Shown in pieces: positions 1-9,652 of a DNA stretch of 64,000 nucleotides; position 1 is the first letter of the stretch; every line of letters begins with the position of its first letter. The stretch is from a virus, in the IMG/VR virus record IMGVR_UViG_3300011008_000009, positions 32,001 through 96,000 of that record; one strand, given 5' to 3'. Below the pieces are notes generated by a model. It saw nothing but the letters and a program-made list of their open reading frames with translations, made no database searches and had not been told where the DNA came from. The translations under genes were made by a program, and so were the position numbers.

Positions 1-1
1 T

Positions 2-1117
2 AATAAATCTATAAGTCACTCATATGTAAGATTTAATCATTATGGATTATACTTTGTGAAAGATAGTGACCAATTTGACCAAGACTTGTTAACAAAGACA
101 AGTGGCTCTGGTGGAAAAATTACAGCAGACGCACTTAATTTCATTATGAATAACGCAGACGTGGCTGTTACTTATAATGGTTTTGCTATTAATGGTCTTT
201 CGGGAAAGGTTAGATTTACTTCTGCTGACGGTATTGTAATGAAAGACGATTCTGATGAAGAGGTTATTAGATTAGGTCATATTACAAATACTGAATTAGA
301 CGATGATATCAAGGACTTCTGGGGCTTATATGCGCGTGGAGCGTATATAGAAGGTAAAATATATACCAATAAGGTAATCCAAAGAACTGTTGATTTAGGA
401 GTAACAGGTAGAGTTAAAGTCGATGATATAAGTCGTAGTATGCTAAACGGTGGTAGACTAGAAATATCTAAGACTGTAGTTGAGTCCGGATCGGTTGACG
501 TAAGCAATAGAGAGCTAAAGAAGATTACCTCTTTTGGCGCCGCCCTGTATAATATGGGAACGACCGATGATGATTTATCAGTAAATGACCAATTAAGTAA
601 TTTAGGTAGTACAGTCTATGTCCATAAAGACGGATGCTTCTGGAGTGTAAGTAGTTATAATGATACTGCGAACACATATAATGCTAAATTATTATATGTT
701 CGTAAACAAATGGGCGAGTATGATGAAGATACTTTTGTAATAAAGTGTAATCATTTCAGAAATGACGCTCAAGCAGTAACCAATGCTGTGGCTCCGCAAA
801 CTCAATCCGATATTAAAATTAAGAAGAATATTGCTACTATTTCCGATAATTATTTAGACTTCATAGATAAACTGCAAGTAAAAACTTACAACCTTAAAAC
901 TCAAGACGACTCGGCGCCGAAACACATCGGACTAATCGCTCAAGAGGTTCAACAGGCTTTAGCTGATTGTGGCTTAACTGATAATGGCTTAGTATCACAA
1001 ATGCCCGATGATACCCTTACAATTAATTATACCGAACTTCTTACTCTCGCAATAGCAAAAATTCAGCAATTAGAAAAGCGTATAACAGAATTAGAAAATA
1101 AAAAGCCCGGAGTTTAA
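2..1117 (+). CDS. tail fibre/spike, C-terminal part, with an S74-type intramolecular chaperone (self-cleaving) domain; 5' end lies outside the window
   Basis: The frame is open from nt 2, with no stop upstream of the GTG at 56. The C-terminus SDIKIKKNI...KHIGLIAQEVQQAL...LTINYTELLTLAIAKIQQLEKRITELE fits the endosialidase-chaperone (peptidase S74) pattern. Confidence 0.75.
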   Translation, partial: NKSISHSYVRFNHYGLYFVKDSDQFDQDLLTKTSGSGGKITADALNFIMNNADVAVTYNGFAINGLSGKVRFTSADGIVMKDDSDEEVIRLGHITNTELDDDIKDFWGLYARGAYIEGKIYTNKVIQRTVDLGVTGRVKVDDISRSMLNGGRLEISKTVVESGSVDVSNRELKKITSFGAALYNMGTTDDDLSVNDQLSNLGSTVYVHKDGCFWSVSSYNDTANTYNAKLLYVRKQMGEYDEDTFVIKCNHFRNDAQAVTNAVAPQTQSDIKIKKNIATISDNYLDFIDKLQVKTYNLKTQDDSAPKHIGLIAQEVQQALADCGLTDNGLVSQMPDDTLTINYTELLTLAIAKIQQLEKRITELENKKPGV

Positions 1118-1127
1118 TCACTCCGGG
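1106..1127. terminator. bidirectional hairpin terminator between convergent genes
   Basis: cccggagt-ttaatc-actccggg is an 8-bp GC-rich stem. It is followed by tttctgttatttt on + and preceded by aaaa on +, giving a U-run on both strands. It sits at the stops of ORFs 56..1117 and 1114..1497. Confidence 0.7.
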
Positions 1128-1497
1128 TTTCTGTTATTTTCATTAAGGTTTGCGCCTGTTTTGGAGTTATCTTTAACTGCTCCAATTCATCTTGCATTAT
1201 TATAGTTGAAATCGCAAAATTAGTTTTTTCCAACTCATCAATACGCTCGTGCCATAAAGATACCTTATCTGGTATTAGAGCTAAGGTTCCGTCTTCAGCT
1301 ATGTCAACTGGGGTTCCGTCTTCTTTCTTTTCTACACATTCTTTTATAAGTTTATTTACTATATCAGTATAAATCTGTATATTGGAGTCAACTTCTTTAG
1401 CAAGTTTGGCTAATTTTATACTCAATTCACTAGGAAATATTGTATCACCATTTGTGTCCAACACATCTTTTAAATCTTTTAGTTCTCTTGGTACCAT
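1114..1497 (-). CDS. hypothetical protein
   Basis: 127-aa ORF tightly packed with the downstream gene. No motif recognised. Confidence 0.6.
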   Translation of the reverse strand: MVPRELKDLKDVLDTNGDTIFPSELSIKLAKLAKEVDSNIQIYTDIVNKLIKECVEKKEDGTPVDIAEDGTLALIPDKVSLWHERIDELEKTNFAISTIIMQDELEQLKITPKQAQTLMKITETRSD

Positions 1498-1500
1498 ATA

Positions 1501-2241
1501 TTACTCCCAAACAATAACTCTTAGTGCTAATTTTTTTGAATAGTATCTACCTATACAAATTGCGTCTGCGGCATCATCACTAGTAACATCTAAGTCATAC
1601 CACTGTTTAACTAAAAGCTGTGCGCTCTTTTTGCGGTCCGCTCTATACTTTCCTTTAACTCCACACCCTTTTCTCCAAACAGACGGATAAACGGTTTCAA
1701 AAGGAATTTTTAATTCAAAGGCAGTATTTTGTAATACTCCTTGTAGATGCGCCAAAACCTTATATGTGGTAACATTCTCTATGGCATCTCCATTAGCTCC
1801 TTTTTCATTTTGAAGCTGTATATCTTCTATGATTAAGCTATCGGGGCGCCAAATAGAAATCATATTAATCATCCACTGTTTAATAGCTTCTATACGTTCT
1901 ACTTCAGTAGATTGATTAACGGAGAATGTTCCAAATTTGATTAACTTACTATCATCAAATATTGCCCAACCAGTACTATATGTTGCATCATCTAAAGCAA
2001 GTATTCTTTTTTTAACACCTGTTTTAGGCATAACTCTGTTTTCAACGGGAGTGTAAGTTGTCGCATCACAGATTGGACAAGAATGGTTTTCGCGCCATAA
2101 TCGGTAAGTAAGAGTTACTTCGTGTCCTTGTGGACATTTATATTGAAGTTCAGTATCTAAATTTGTATAGGTATCACTAAGAAGCGTCCAATTTATCATA
2201 GACGCTTCTTTTTTCAAATCTTCTATATGAAATTTACTCAT
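1501..2241 (-). CDS. RuvC-like Holliday junction resolvase with N-terminal Zn-ribbon
   Basis: ILALDDATYSTGWAIF...IIEDIQLQ...DAADAICIG gives the RuvC-fold acidic residues. CPQGH...CPIC forms a Zn-ribbon. The start was chosen at MSKFHIE, overlapping the dUTPase stop; the track ORF extends to 2274. Confidence 0.7.
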   Translation of the reverse strand: MSKFHIEDLKKEASMINWTLLSDTYTNLDTELQYKCPQGHEVTLTYRLWRENHSCPICDATTYTPVENRVMPKTGVKKRILALDDATYSTGWAIFDDSKLIKFGTFSVNQSTEVERIEAIKQWMINMISIWRPDSLIIEDIQLQNEKGANGDAIENVTTYKVLAHLQGVLQNTAFELKIPFETVYPSVWRKGCGVKGKYRADRKKSAQLLVKQWYDLDVTSDDAADAICIGRYYSKKLALRVIVWE

Positions 2242-3070
2242 TGACGGTACTGGTTCCGCTAGAGCCGAAACCATTTTCTCCTCTAGTATTATCTGCTTCG
2301 GCGCTTACATCGCCTTCTTCAAAAATACCAATAGGCACTTCATTAAACACCATCTGAGCTATTCTATCTCCCTTAGCAATTACATAAGGTGCATCTCCAT
2401 AGTTATCAATAAGCACCTTAATTTCACCGCGATAGTTACTATCTATTGTTCCAGGAGCATTTGCTACTCTAAGTTTTGTTTTTGCACTCATTCCACTTCT
2501 CGGACGTATTTGTGCTTCATAACCCTTGGGTATCTTTAGCACAATACCAGTACCGACAGCTACTGTTTCATTAGGATTTACTGTACACGCTTCAACAGCA
2601 TAGATATCGGCGCCTGCATCACCAGCGTGAGCATAGGTAGGAACAATAGCATCTTCCGAGAGCTTCTTATACGCTACATTTATTCGTTTAGAGGGGTCTT
2701 CCTGATAGTCTAGAATGCCCTTATATGAAAGCTGCATTAATTTAAGAAGGAACTCTTTCTTTTGGTCTGAAATTTCGAAGCTATTAATAACTTCTATCAT
2801 TCCATCGTAGCCCTTTTTCTCTCTTTCGTAGTCTATGTCAGAATAAGAAGCTAAATGCTGACTTACTGTATTATGGTAAGCTGTGGAATTGAAAACTTGA
2901 TCCATAGAACCATATAGACCACTAGCAAGGTCATTAAACTCATTATCGTCCAGAGCGATTATTGCTGAAACTATACCACCAAGGTCTCCATCATTTAAAG
3001 CCTTTAACAGGTCCTGCTTAGGATCTGGAACACCATTTTTCTCAGCCATTTTAATTTTATTATTTGTCAT
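2234..3070 (-). CDS. dut: dUTPase with an N-terminal extension of about 130 aa of unknown function
   Basis: The C-terminal half carries the dUTPase motifs AGDAGADIYA, RPRSGMS, GTIDSNYRGEI, GDRIAQMVF and RGENGFGSSG. Confidence 0.9.
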   Translation of the reverse strand: MTNNKIKMAEKNGVPDPKQDLLKALNDGDLGGIVSAIIALDDNEFNDLASGLYGSMDQVFNSTAYHNTVSQHLASYSDIDYEREKKGYDGMIEVINSFEISDQKKEFLLKLMQLSYKGILDYQEDPSKRINVAYKKLSEDAIVPTYAHAGDAGADIYAVEACTVNPNETVAVGTGIVLKIPKGYEAQIRPRSGMSAKTKLRVANAPGTIDSNYRGEIKVLIDNYGDAPYVIAKGDRIAQMVFNEVPIGIFEEGDVSAEADNTRGENGFGSSGTSTVNE

Positions 3071-3085
3071 ATTTTATCTCCTTGA

Positions 3086-3274
3086 TTAGAAAGTTTTAGT
3101 AAGTTTAACAACAAACCAACTGTCTACTACTTCACCCTTAAGTTTCTTTTCCTTTTTATCACAACTATACTTAGCTAATGTGAAGGTGCTATCTGCCTTG
3201 GCTTTCTCTATAAGCCCCTCAGCCTGTTCTAGAGTATCTACCTGCCACTCTTCCGTTACTTTAGTCATTTCCAT
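3086..3274 (-). CDS. hypothetical small protein
   Basis: 62-aa ORF filling the gap between dut and thyX. Confidence 0.5.
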   Translation of the reverse strand: MEMTKVTEEWQVDTLEQAEGLIEKAKADSTFTLAKYSCDKKEKKLKGEVVDSWFVVKLTKTF

Positions 3275-3278
3275 ATTT

Positions 3279-3959
3279 TTAATCTCCCTTTAACTCATAA
3301 ATTGATGGACTGTAACCACAACCCTTTGATTCTTCACAAAGAGGTATTACGTGCTGTCTGCACTTAGGAACTAGCCAATAGTTCCCAAAAAATTCGGCTT
3401 CTTCATCAGTCATTGTGGAAAGAACTTCTAGCTTCATTAATTTAGCCAACTGCCGAATTTCCCACTGGGCGCGAGTACACAACCTTTCGCCCATAAAGTT
3501 ACCTAGCGCTCTTAAATTCATAGTTACTATCATTGTGGTCTTACAAGCATTAGGAAGTGTCATTCGAGCATCTTCCTTAGGAACGCCCGCCGCTACCAAA
3601 TAGTCATAAGTGGAATAAGCATCTTTCATACATTCCTTATATCGGTCATAGGTTTCTGATGTAACTGTAGAAGGTACGATAAAATTCGGTTCGTCTCCTT
3701 CTGCAAAAGGTTCTTCACAATATCTCTGACTACGCACACTATAACTTGCAATTCTATGACGGGTAATCTGTGCTAGCAGCGCTCTGCTAACTCCTTCGAT
3801 TTTAAAAGTATAGTTTGCGTGTTCAAGCACTGAAGTATGTCCACTTCTAACGCACGCCTTAAGTATGGTAAACGAGGGTTTACTATTATAACAAATTGAA
3901 GCACTTTCTTCACACGTTTTTATAGGGTTAGATGTACAATCAATTAAACTAACTTTCAT
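3279..3959 (-). CDS. thyX: flavin-dependent thymidylate synthase ThyX
   Basis: ThyX signature RHRIASYSVRSQRY, plus SVLEH. Confidence 0.9.
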   Translation of the reverse strand: MKVSLIDCTSNPIKTCEESASICYNSKPSFTILKACVRSGHTSVLEHANYTFKIEGVSRALLAQITRHRIASYSVRSQRYCEEPFAEGDEPNFIVPSTVTSETYDRYKECMKDAYSTYDYLVAAGVPKEDARMTLPNACKTTMIVTMNLRALGNFMGERLCTRAQWEIRQLAKLMKLEVLSTMTDEEAEFFGNYWLVPKCRQHVIPLCEESKGCGYSPSIYELKGD

Positions 3960-3988
3960 TTTATTACCTCTCCGTTTTTACTATATAT

Positions 3989-4017
3989 ATTATATCATAA
4001 TATTTAGAAAAAGTCAA
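3989..4017 (-). promoter_or_regulatory. sigma70/sigmaA-type promoter upstream of thyX
   Basis: Minus strand reads TTGACT-17 nt (ending TATGA)-TATAAT. Confidence 0.7.
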
Positions 4018-4020
4018 ATT

Positions 4021-5046
4021 TTAGCCTTTTATATTGTAACCATATCCTTGTCCTTCATAAAACTCGATCCAGTATTTTTCCTTTGCGGTTAGATCCTTTT
4101 TGTCACATTCCTCAACTACTTGCCAAGTAAAGCTATAAGGACCGTCCTCTTTCATAGCTGGATATAGTTTATTAGATGTCATAGGTTCGGCGCCGACAGC
4201 TCGTTTAAGGTGTTGCCGCCAACGCTCTGCTATATCTACTGCTTGACCTATATACACTTTTTCATTCAAAGTGTTTGTCAGCTTGTAGATACCAGTAATT
4301 TGTTTGGTTCCTATTACTCGACCTACCAAATCTGTATACGGCTTTTCGTAATAGGTTTTATAAATTAATTTGTCTAATATCTCTGGGTGATGAAGCAGAT
4401 GCTTTATACTTTGTAAAGCCTGTATATCGGATATGTCGTTTTCTGTTATATTTAACTGATAAAATTTAGCCTTTTCTCGTATCTCTTCTTGCTCTTTGTT
4501 TATCTTTATTATACTTTCTTGTTTATCACGATATTCTTTCAGTATATGTTCAAAATTAGCTTTTTCTTTTTCATACTCTTCGGTCATTTGCCGTTTCAGT
4601 CTTTCACACTGTTGTTTATAACTTTCTACTTCTTTATTGGCATTATCATACATTTGGTTCTTAAATTCTTGCGTTTCGGCGCCGATACTATCTTTCTTAT
4701 CTTTTAGTTGAGATTGATAAATCTCTTCTAAAGACTTTAGAGCTTCTTCTTTCTCTTTTACGCCATTAGATAATATCTCATAAGAACCAGTTAAATTATT
4801 AATTTTGTTTTCTAATGAAAAACTTTTGGATTGCTGCTCTCTTAGGTCTGCATAAACTTTATCTCTATTTGCAGATAAATTTTCATATTGTTCGTTTAAT
4901 TCTTTTATCTCGTTTTCTTTAGATTCGATACTTTCTTTTAATTCTTGAAGACGACGTTTGGCTTCTCTACTTAAATACCAGTAGAGAAGCGCAAGTAGAC
5001 AACTAAGAATTATAACAATTGCAATAATTATCATAACGCCGAACAC
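4021..5046 (-). CDS. membrane-anchored coiled-coil protein with C-terminal GIY-YIG nuclease core
   Basis: N-terminal hydrophobic helix MFGVMIIIAIVIILSCLLALLYWYL. About 200 aa of heptad-rich E/K sequence follows. The C-terminus is GIYKLTN..KVYIGQAVDIAERWRQH...KEKYWIEFY. Confidence 0.7.
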   Translation of the reverse strand: MFGVMIIIAIVIILSCLLALLYWYLSREAKRRLQELKESIESKENEIKELNEQYENLSANRDKVYADLREQQSKSFSLENKINNLTGSYEILSNGVKEKEEALKSLEEIYQSQLKDKKDSIGAETQEFKNQMYDNANKEVESYKQQCERLKRQMTEEYEKEKANFEHILKEYRDKQESIIKINKEQEEIREKAKFYQLNITENDISDIQALQSIKHLLHHPEILDKLIYKTYYEKPYTDLVGRVIGTKQITGIYKLTNTLNEKVYIGQAVDIAERWRQHLKRAVGAEPMTSNKLYPAMKEDGPYSFTWQVVEECDKKDLTAKEKYWIEFYEGQGYGYNIKG

Positions 5047-5047
5047 C

Positions 5048-5689
5048 TCAGCAAATAGTGTTTATTATTTCATCTATAAAGCCTAATTCAAGCGCCTGCT
5101 GAGCTGTGAACCAGTTATCATCTTTACTCATTTTGTCATAATCTTCTTCCGTTATGTTAGAGTTTTTAATGATATGGTCTTTGAGCTGTTGAAGTTGAGT
5201 ATTATAGAACTCAGCGTATTTCTTAAACTTATGTGCATCTTGCATACCACTACCAATAGAACCTTCGTGTAGTAGGAATGAAGTATGTTCATAAGCCATT
5301 CGCTTATCACCAGCAAGAGCAATAAAGAGTCCACTACTATATGCGGCGCCGGTAACAATAGTATAAACAGGAATTTTGGATGCTTTAATCGCATCTATAA
5401 CTTCAAAAGCGTCTATTATCGAGCCACCATAAGAGTCGATATAAATTTTAATAGGTTCTTTTTCAACCTTGCCAGCATCTAAGATATTCCATATTAGAAT
5501 ATTCTGATAAATCTGTGAACCAGTGTAGTTATTCTTGACATCATTTAATATAATTGTACGATTTTTAAAAGTTACAACATCTATTAAATCTTGAACTGCA
5601 CTGTCCTCATCCGGCGTTAGTGCGTTTTCAAGCACTTCCTCAAGAAAATCATCGAGGTCTTCTCCAGTCTTTAATTTGTCCTTATTCAT
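5048..5689 (-). CDS. ClpP-family serine protease
   Basis: YIDSYGGSIIDAFEVIDAI...TGAAYSSGLFIALAG...LLHEGS matches the ClpP/S14 core. The start was chosen at MNKDKL; the track ORF extends to 5854. Confidence 0.75.
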   Translation of the reverse strand: MNKDKLKTGEDLDDFLEEVLENALTPDEDSAVQDLIDVVTFKNRTIILNDVKNNYTGSQIYQNILIWNILDAGKVEKEPIKIYIDSYGGSIIDAFEVIDAIKASKIPVYTIVTGAAYSSGLFIALAGDKRMAYEHTSFLLHEGSIGSGMQDAHKFKKYAEFYNTQLQQLKDHIIKNSNITEEDYDKMSKDDNWFTAQQALELGFIDEIINTIC

Positions 5690-5921
5690 TGTTATCGCCT
5701 CCAATATTCTTTTTATGACAATAAATACATTCGTTATTTTCGTATTTATGTGGACATAATTGTCGTAGCTGAGTAATCTCTGCTTGCAAATTTTGCATTT
5801 CTGGATTAAGTACAAAAGTGTTACAAGACCAATTTGAAGTTTTGCAATTTTCAAATCTTAATTTAAGGTCTGCATACTCTTTTTCAATCCACTCTGTTGT
5901 AATGTTTTCTGGCTTGTTCAT
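5682..5921 (-). CDS. small Cys-rich hypothetical protein
   Basis: 79-aa ORF whose stop overlaps the ClpP-like start. Cys/His pairs CPHK...CIYCH. Confidence 0.5.
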   Translation of the reverse strand: MNKPENITTEWIEKEYADLKLRFENCKTSNWSCNTFVLNPEMQNLQAEITQLRQLCPHKYENNECIYCHKKNIGGDNNE

Positions 5922-6915
5922 CTTGGTACCTCACTGATAATGTGTAAGTTAATAACTGATAAAGCTCCGGGTCTTTAGCCTTTATTTTTACCATTAATTC
6001 ATATTTGTGTTTGTTATTAAAGTATGTATGAAATATGTCGGCATCTTCCTTTAGTGTATAATTGCTGCCGTACCACTTCTTACCACAATCAAAAAGAAAT
6101 TTATAAGTTACATTATTTATCGGAGCGACTTTTAAGTTAGGCTTCGGGTTCATAAATTTTCCCTTTTGCGCCATTCTCAAAAATTTCTTTAGCTCTAAAT
6201 TGTAGTTTTCTACCGAGCATTCTCCAAAAATAAAAGAAAATTTTTGTCTTTGTGCGGCAGGAAAATCCAATATTTTACTTATATCTTTTTCAATACAGTT
6301 TTTAACTATAAAGTTGATATTACCTATCGCACGACTATAAACCTTAGCATCAACCCAGCGTTTGGCTTGGGTGTAACTGTGAATAGTAACAGGATAATAA
6401 AAGGATATTTTTTTATTTAGCTTAATTATTTCTTCATAATCGCTATCTGTGATATCTGTATCGTAAAAAGTAATTTCTTGGTTAGCCGAGCTAATAAAGC
6501 GCTTGTTGCTGCTTTCGTGTAGGCGAATGAAATCAGACTTAATTAATTTATTTCTTAAGTAGCTATATCTACTGTCGGATAATAGTTTCCTTACTATCGG
6601 CGCATCATAGATAGTTGTATCAGGATAGATTGCTCGAATTTCTTTTGGAACGGCGCAATACTTATTATAAAAATAACTACCTATCAAAGTTACTTTTTCG
6701 CTCTTAATTAAGTGATCTATATAAATTTGCTTTTCGCCATTATAGATTACATATAGCATACTATACCATTCGATATCTTCTTTTTTCTCTGAGGGACAAA
6801 GTTTAACTTTATCCCCCATTTGTTTATGATATCCAGAGATTTGCATAACATCTAAATTAGCTTCGTAGCTTTGCGGTGTATATAACAAATCTAAGTCTAT
6901 AATTCCAACTACCAT
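5884..6915 (-). CDS. hypothetical protein
   Basis: 343-aa ORF. Its start abuts the dnaE stop. No motif recognised. Confidence 0.65.
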   Translation of the reverse strand: MVVGIIDLDLLYTPQSYEANLDVMQISGYHKQMGDKVKLCPSEKKEDIEWYSMLYVIYNGEKQIYIDHLIKSEKVTLIGSYFYNKYCAVPKEIRAIYPDTTIYDAPIVRKLLSDSRYSYLRNKLIKSDFIRLHESSNKRFISSANQEITFYDTDITDSDYEEIIKLNKKISFYYPVTIHSYTQAKRWVDAKVYSRAIGNINFIVKNCIEKDISKILDFPAAQRQKFSFIFGECSVENYNLELKKFLRMAQKGKFMNPKPNLKVAPINNVTYKFLFDCGKKWYGSNYTLKEDADIFHTYFNNKHKYELMVKIKAKDPELYQLLTYTLSVRYQDEQARKHYNRVD

Positions 6916-8428
6916 TAGGCTTCTGCACGCTCCGTTACTGTAGTTAATAAACCTTTATCATCTATATTTGTTATCAATTCAACTAGATGATAAGGAGTAC
7001 TTTTATATTTCTTAGGTATGAAGTTATTCTCTCTTCTAATACCCGTGAATATAATTTTATTTCCTCGACTAAACCAAGACTTTTCAATAACCTTTTTATG
7101 CCCGTCCGTACTCATAACGCTAATCTGCTTATCAAAGATACTAAACTGATTAGCATATATCTTAACATCTACAACTCCTGTAGTTGTTAAAATAGTGACT
7201 GTGTTCTTATTTTTATTCTTATCAATTACAGTTCCTGCTATTCTTGTAATTCGATAAATCGGAATATCTCTTCCCTTTATGGGTATGGTGTTTACTACTT
7301 CAGCGGTCTCCGGCATAGATTTGAAATCTTCCAGTTCATAAATTATCTTAGGTACTTTCTTAAGTTCGTGATCGTGGAAGTAGAAGTTTACACTATCCAT
7401 TTCCCATTTACTAATATTGCCCAAAGCATATTTGTTCCAGAAGTCGTCAAACAGCTCCTTATTGAGACCAATTAACAAATCATTCAAATGACTTTTAATA
7501 TAATCACTCAAAGGCTGCATTAACTTTTTATACATCTTATCCCACATAGCGCTAGGAATATATCCTATGGGTTCATCATTTTCATACTCTATGCTAACAT
7601 TTTCAGTATCAAAATTACTTTCGTAAAAACTAAAGCAATATAGGTCAAGATAATATTTATCTGTTAATCCCTTATCCTTGCTTATCTTTTTGATAAACTT
7701 GTTAAAGTTAAATACTTTTACATTAAAAGAAAGTTCTTCGGGGAACAATTTCTTTTCTATAAGTTTCTGCGCATTTCTCATATTGAGAGTAGTTTTCGCG
7801 CCACATATGGAAAGAATATAATCTTTCATTATTTCCGTTCTTTCGCCAAAGCTATCAAAAGCTCCACTTTTAATTAAGTTTACCATTTGCGGCTTATTGA
7901 CTTTTACCTTACACAAAAAGTCATTAATAGAGTTATAAGGTCTATTTCTTATGATATCTTTTGCAAGGTCTTTGCCTATCTTTAATATTCCTTTAATTCC
8001 ATAGTATATCTTATTTTCTGATTCTACTGGAGTAAAGGTAAAACTAGACTTATTAATATCTGGTAAAGCTATTGTTATTCCAGCGGACTGCATACTTCCG
8101 ATTGCTGTAGCAATCTTTCCGTAGTCAATTTTATTCGGTTTCTTTTTCTTGACCACGGTGCCATTCTCTTGTGGATTATCTTCTTCAGTATCCAGGAGTT
8201 CGTCCTCCTCTTCCTGTAGTTCTTCAGAGCAAAATACAGATTCAGTTGAACTCTCTGATTCGTTGTCTTGAGAATCATTTTCTTCATTTTCTTCTTCTCC
8301 GTCCGCAGCGCCACTATTAACTATTAAGTTTGCTGTGTTCCAATAAATTACTGGATACTTACAAGCAAGTTCCATTTCTTGAAGTCCGACAATTGAGTAG
8401 GCAAGGGTATGTGACTGATTGAAGCCAT
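6915..8428 (-). CDS. dnaE: DNA polymerase III alpha (DnaE-type), exon 3
   Basis: The frame is open upstream of the track ATG and reads (Y)GFNQSHTLAYSIVGLQEMELACKYPVIYW, the conserved YGFNKSH...YP motif region. A C-terminal OB-like part follows. The junction is inferred. Confidence 0.8.
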
Positions 8429-9652
8429 CAAGGTAGATGTTATTTTCATAACTGACTACTACCTTAGACTATATCTTCATCGTTTTTAGAGTCAAATAGC
8501 GGCTCTACCAACCGATATTTTCGACTAAGACAGATTTTACAATCTTTATACAAAATGTTAGCTAAACATTTTGCAGTTTTTTGTTTTGTAGTTTGACAAA
8601 CATATCCATTATTTTTCTTATCTTTTACATTTATTTTATTAGTAAACGAGGCTTCTATAGGAAGAAAAGAATTGCAAAAAGTTTTAAAATCCTCACAAGT
8701 GGATTGATAATTTGAAACAAAACCTATGTGATAATAATTATTTTTATCTATAGAAATCCAGCCGTCTCCATCTATCAAACCTCTTATAAAATGAGGTCGC
8801 ACAGCTAACGATAACTCTGGTAAATGTTTTGTTTTATGTGTTTTATCTGGCACTATACCATATTTAGCCAAACTATTACATAAATGTTCGCTTATCATTC
8901 GGATAGAACAAACTTCTGTATTACCTCTATTTCGATAAGAAATTTTACTATTAAGATTTAATTCCTTTTTAAATCTCTCTAATAATTCTCTGTCTTTAGC
9001 TTGTATTTCTATAGTTAATTGATGGTTATAAACGTTTCCATCTGCAAAAACAAATCCTAAAAAATAAGCCTTTTCTTCTGTATCAATATTATCAAAAAAT
9101 TCATCATTCTGTTCTTTATTGAGCTTAGGTTTATTAATTATTTTTATATTATTTTTAACTAAAACCTTATGGATTGTTTCGGTACAACAATTATATTTTC
9201 GAGCTATTTCGTTTTGAAACAAATCTGTAGTTGTATATAATTTAATTATTTCTTCTTCATCTTTTTTATTTAATATTCTAGGACTTTTTTTACTACGAAT
9301 TTCAATATTATTATCTTTTAATATTTTACTTATAGAATTTGCTCTGCAATGTAAAATTTGTGTAGCTATATATGAAATTGAAAATTCATCTTCGGTATAT
9401 AATTTTATGATATTTTTAATATCATTTTCTGTCCATTCTCTTCTTTTCGGCATTTTATCACCTCCTTTTAATTTAATGGTAGATAAACGATGCGTGGCAC
9501 TTGGGATTTCTCCTACTCTATACTAGATAGTCGTTGAACCTTCCGTTAGCTAAACGGCTTGGCTGCTGATAAGCATATCATATAGACTTAGCTTTCCAGC
9601 AATTCACCACGTTATTCAAATAATCTTACGATTATAGGGAGCAATTTTATTT
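8429..9652 (-). mobile_element. group I intron (dnaE intron 2) carrying a LAGLIDADG homing endonuclease
   Basis: 5' splice site after U (GGG U|AA) and 3' splice site after G (CUUG|AU). Joining gives SRG-Y-GFNQSH. The RNA contains GGUUCAACGACUAUC (R-like element, about 9526-9540) and CUAAGGUAGUAGUCAG (S-like element) near the 3' end. Confidence 0.75.
8464..9453 (-). CDS. LAGLIDADG homing endonuclease with repeated N-terminal HTH modules
   Basis: YFLGFVFADGNV and FIRGLIDGDGWI motifs. Intron-encoded, with GGAGG before the ATG. Confidence 0.85.
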   Translation of the reverse strand: MPKRREWTENDIKNIIKLYTEDEFSISYIATQILHCRANSISKILKDNNIEIRSKKSPRILNKKDEEEIIKLYTTTDLFQNEIARKYNCCTETIHKVLVKNNIKIINKPKLNKEQNDEFFDNIDTEEKAYFLGFVFADGNVYNHQLTIEIQAKDRELLERFKKELNLNSKISYRNRGNTEVCSIRMISEHLCNSLAKYGIVPDKTHKTKHLPELSLAVRPHFIRGLIDGDGWISIDKNNYYHIGFVSNYQSTCEDFKTFCNSFLPIEASFTNKINVKDKKNNGYVCQTTKQKTAKCLANILYKDCKICLSRKYRLVEPLFDSKNDEDIV

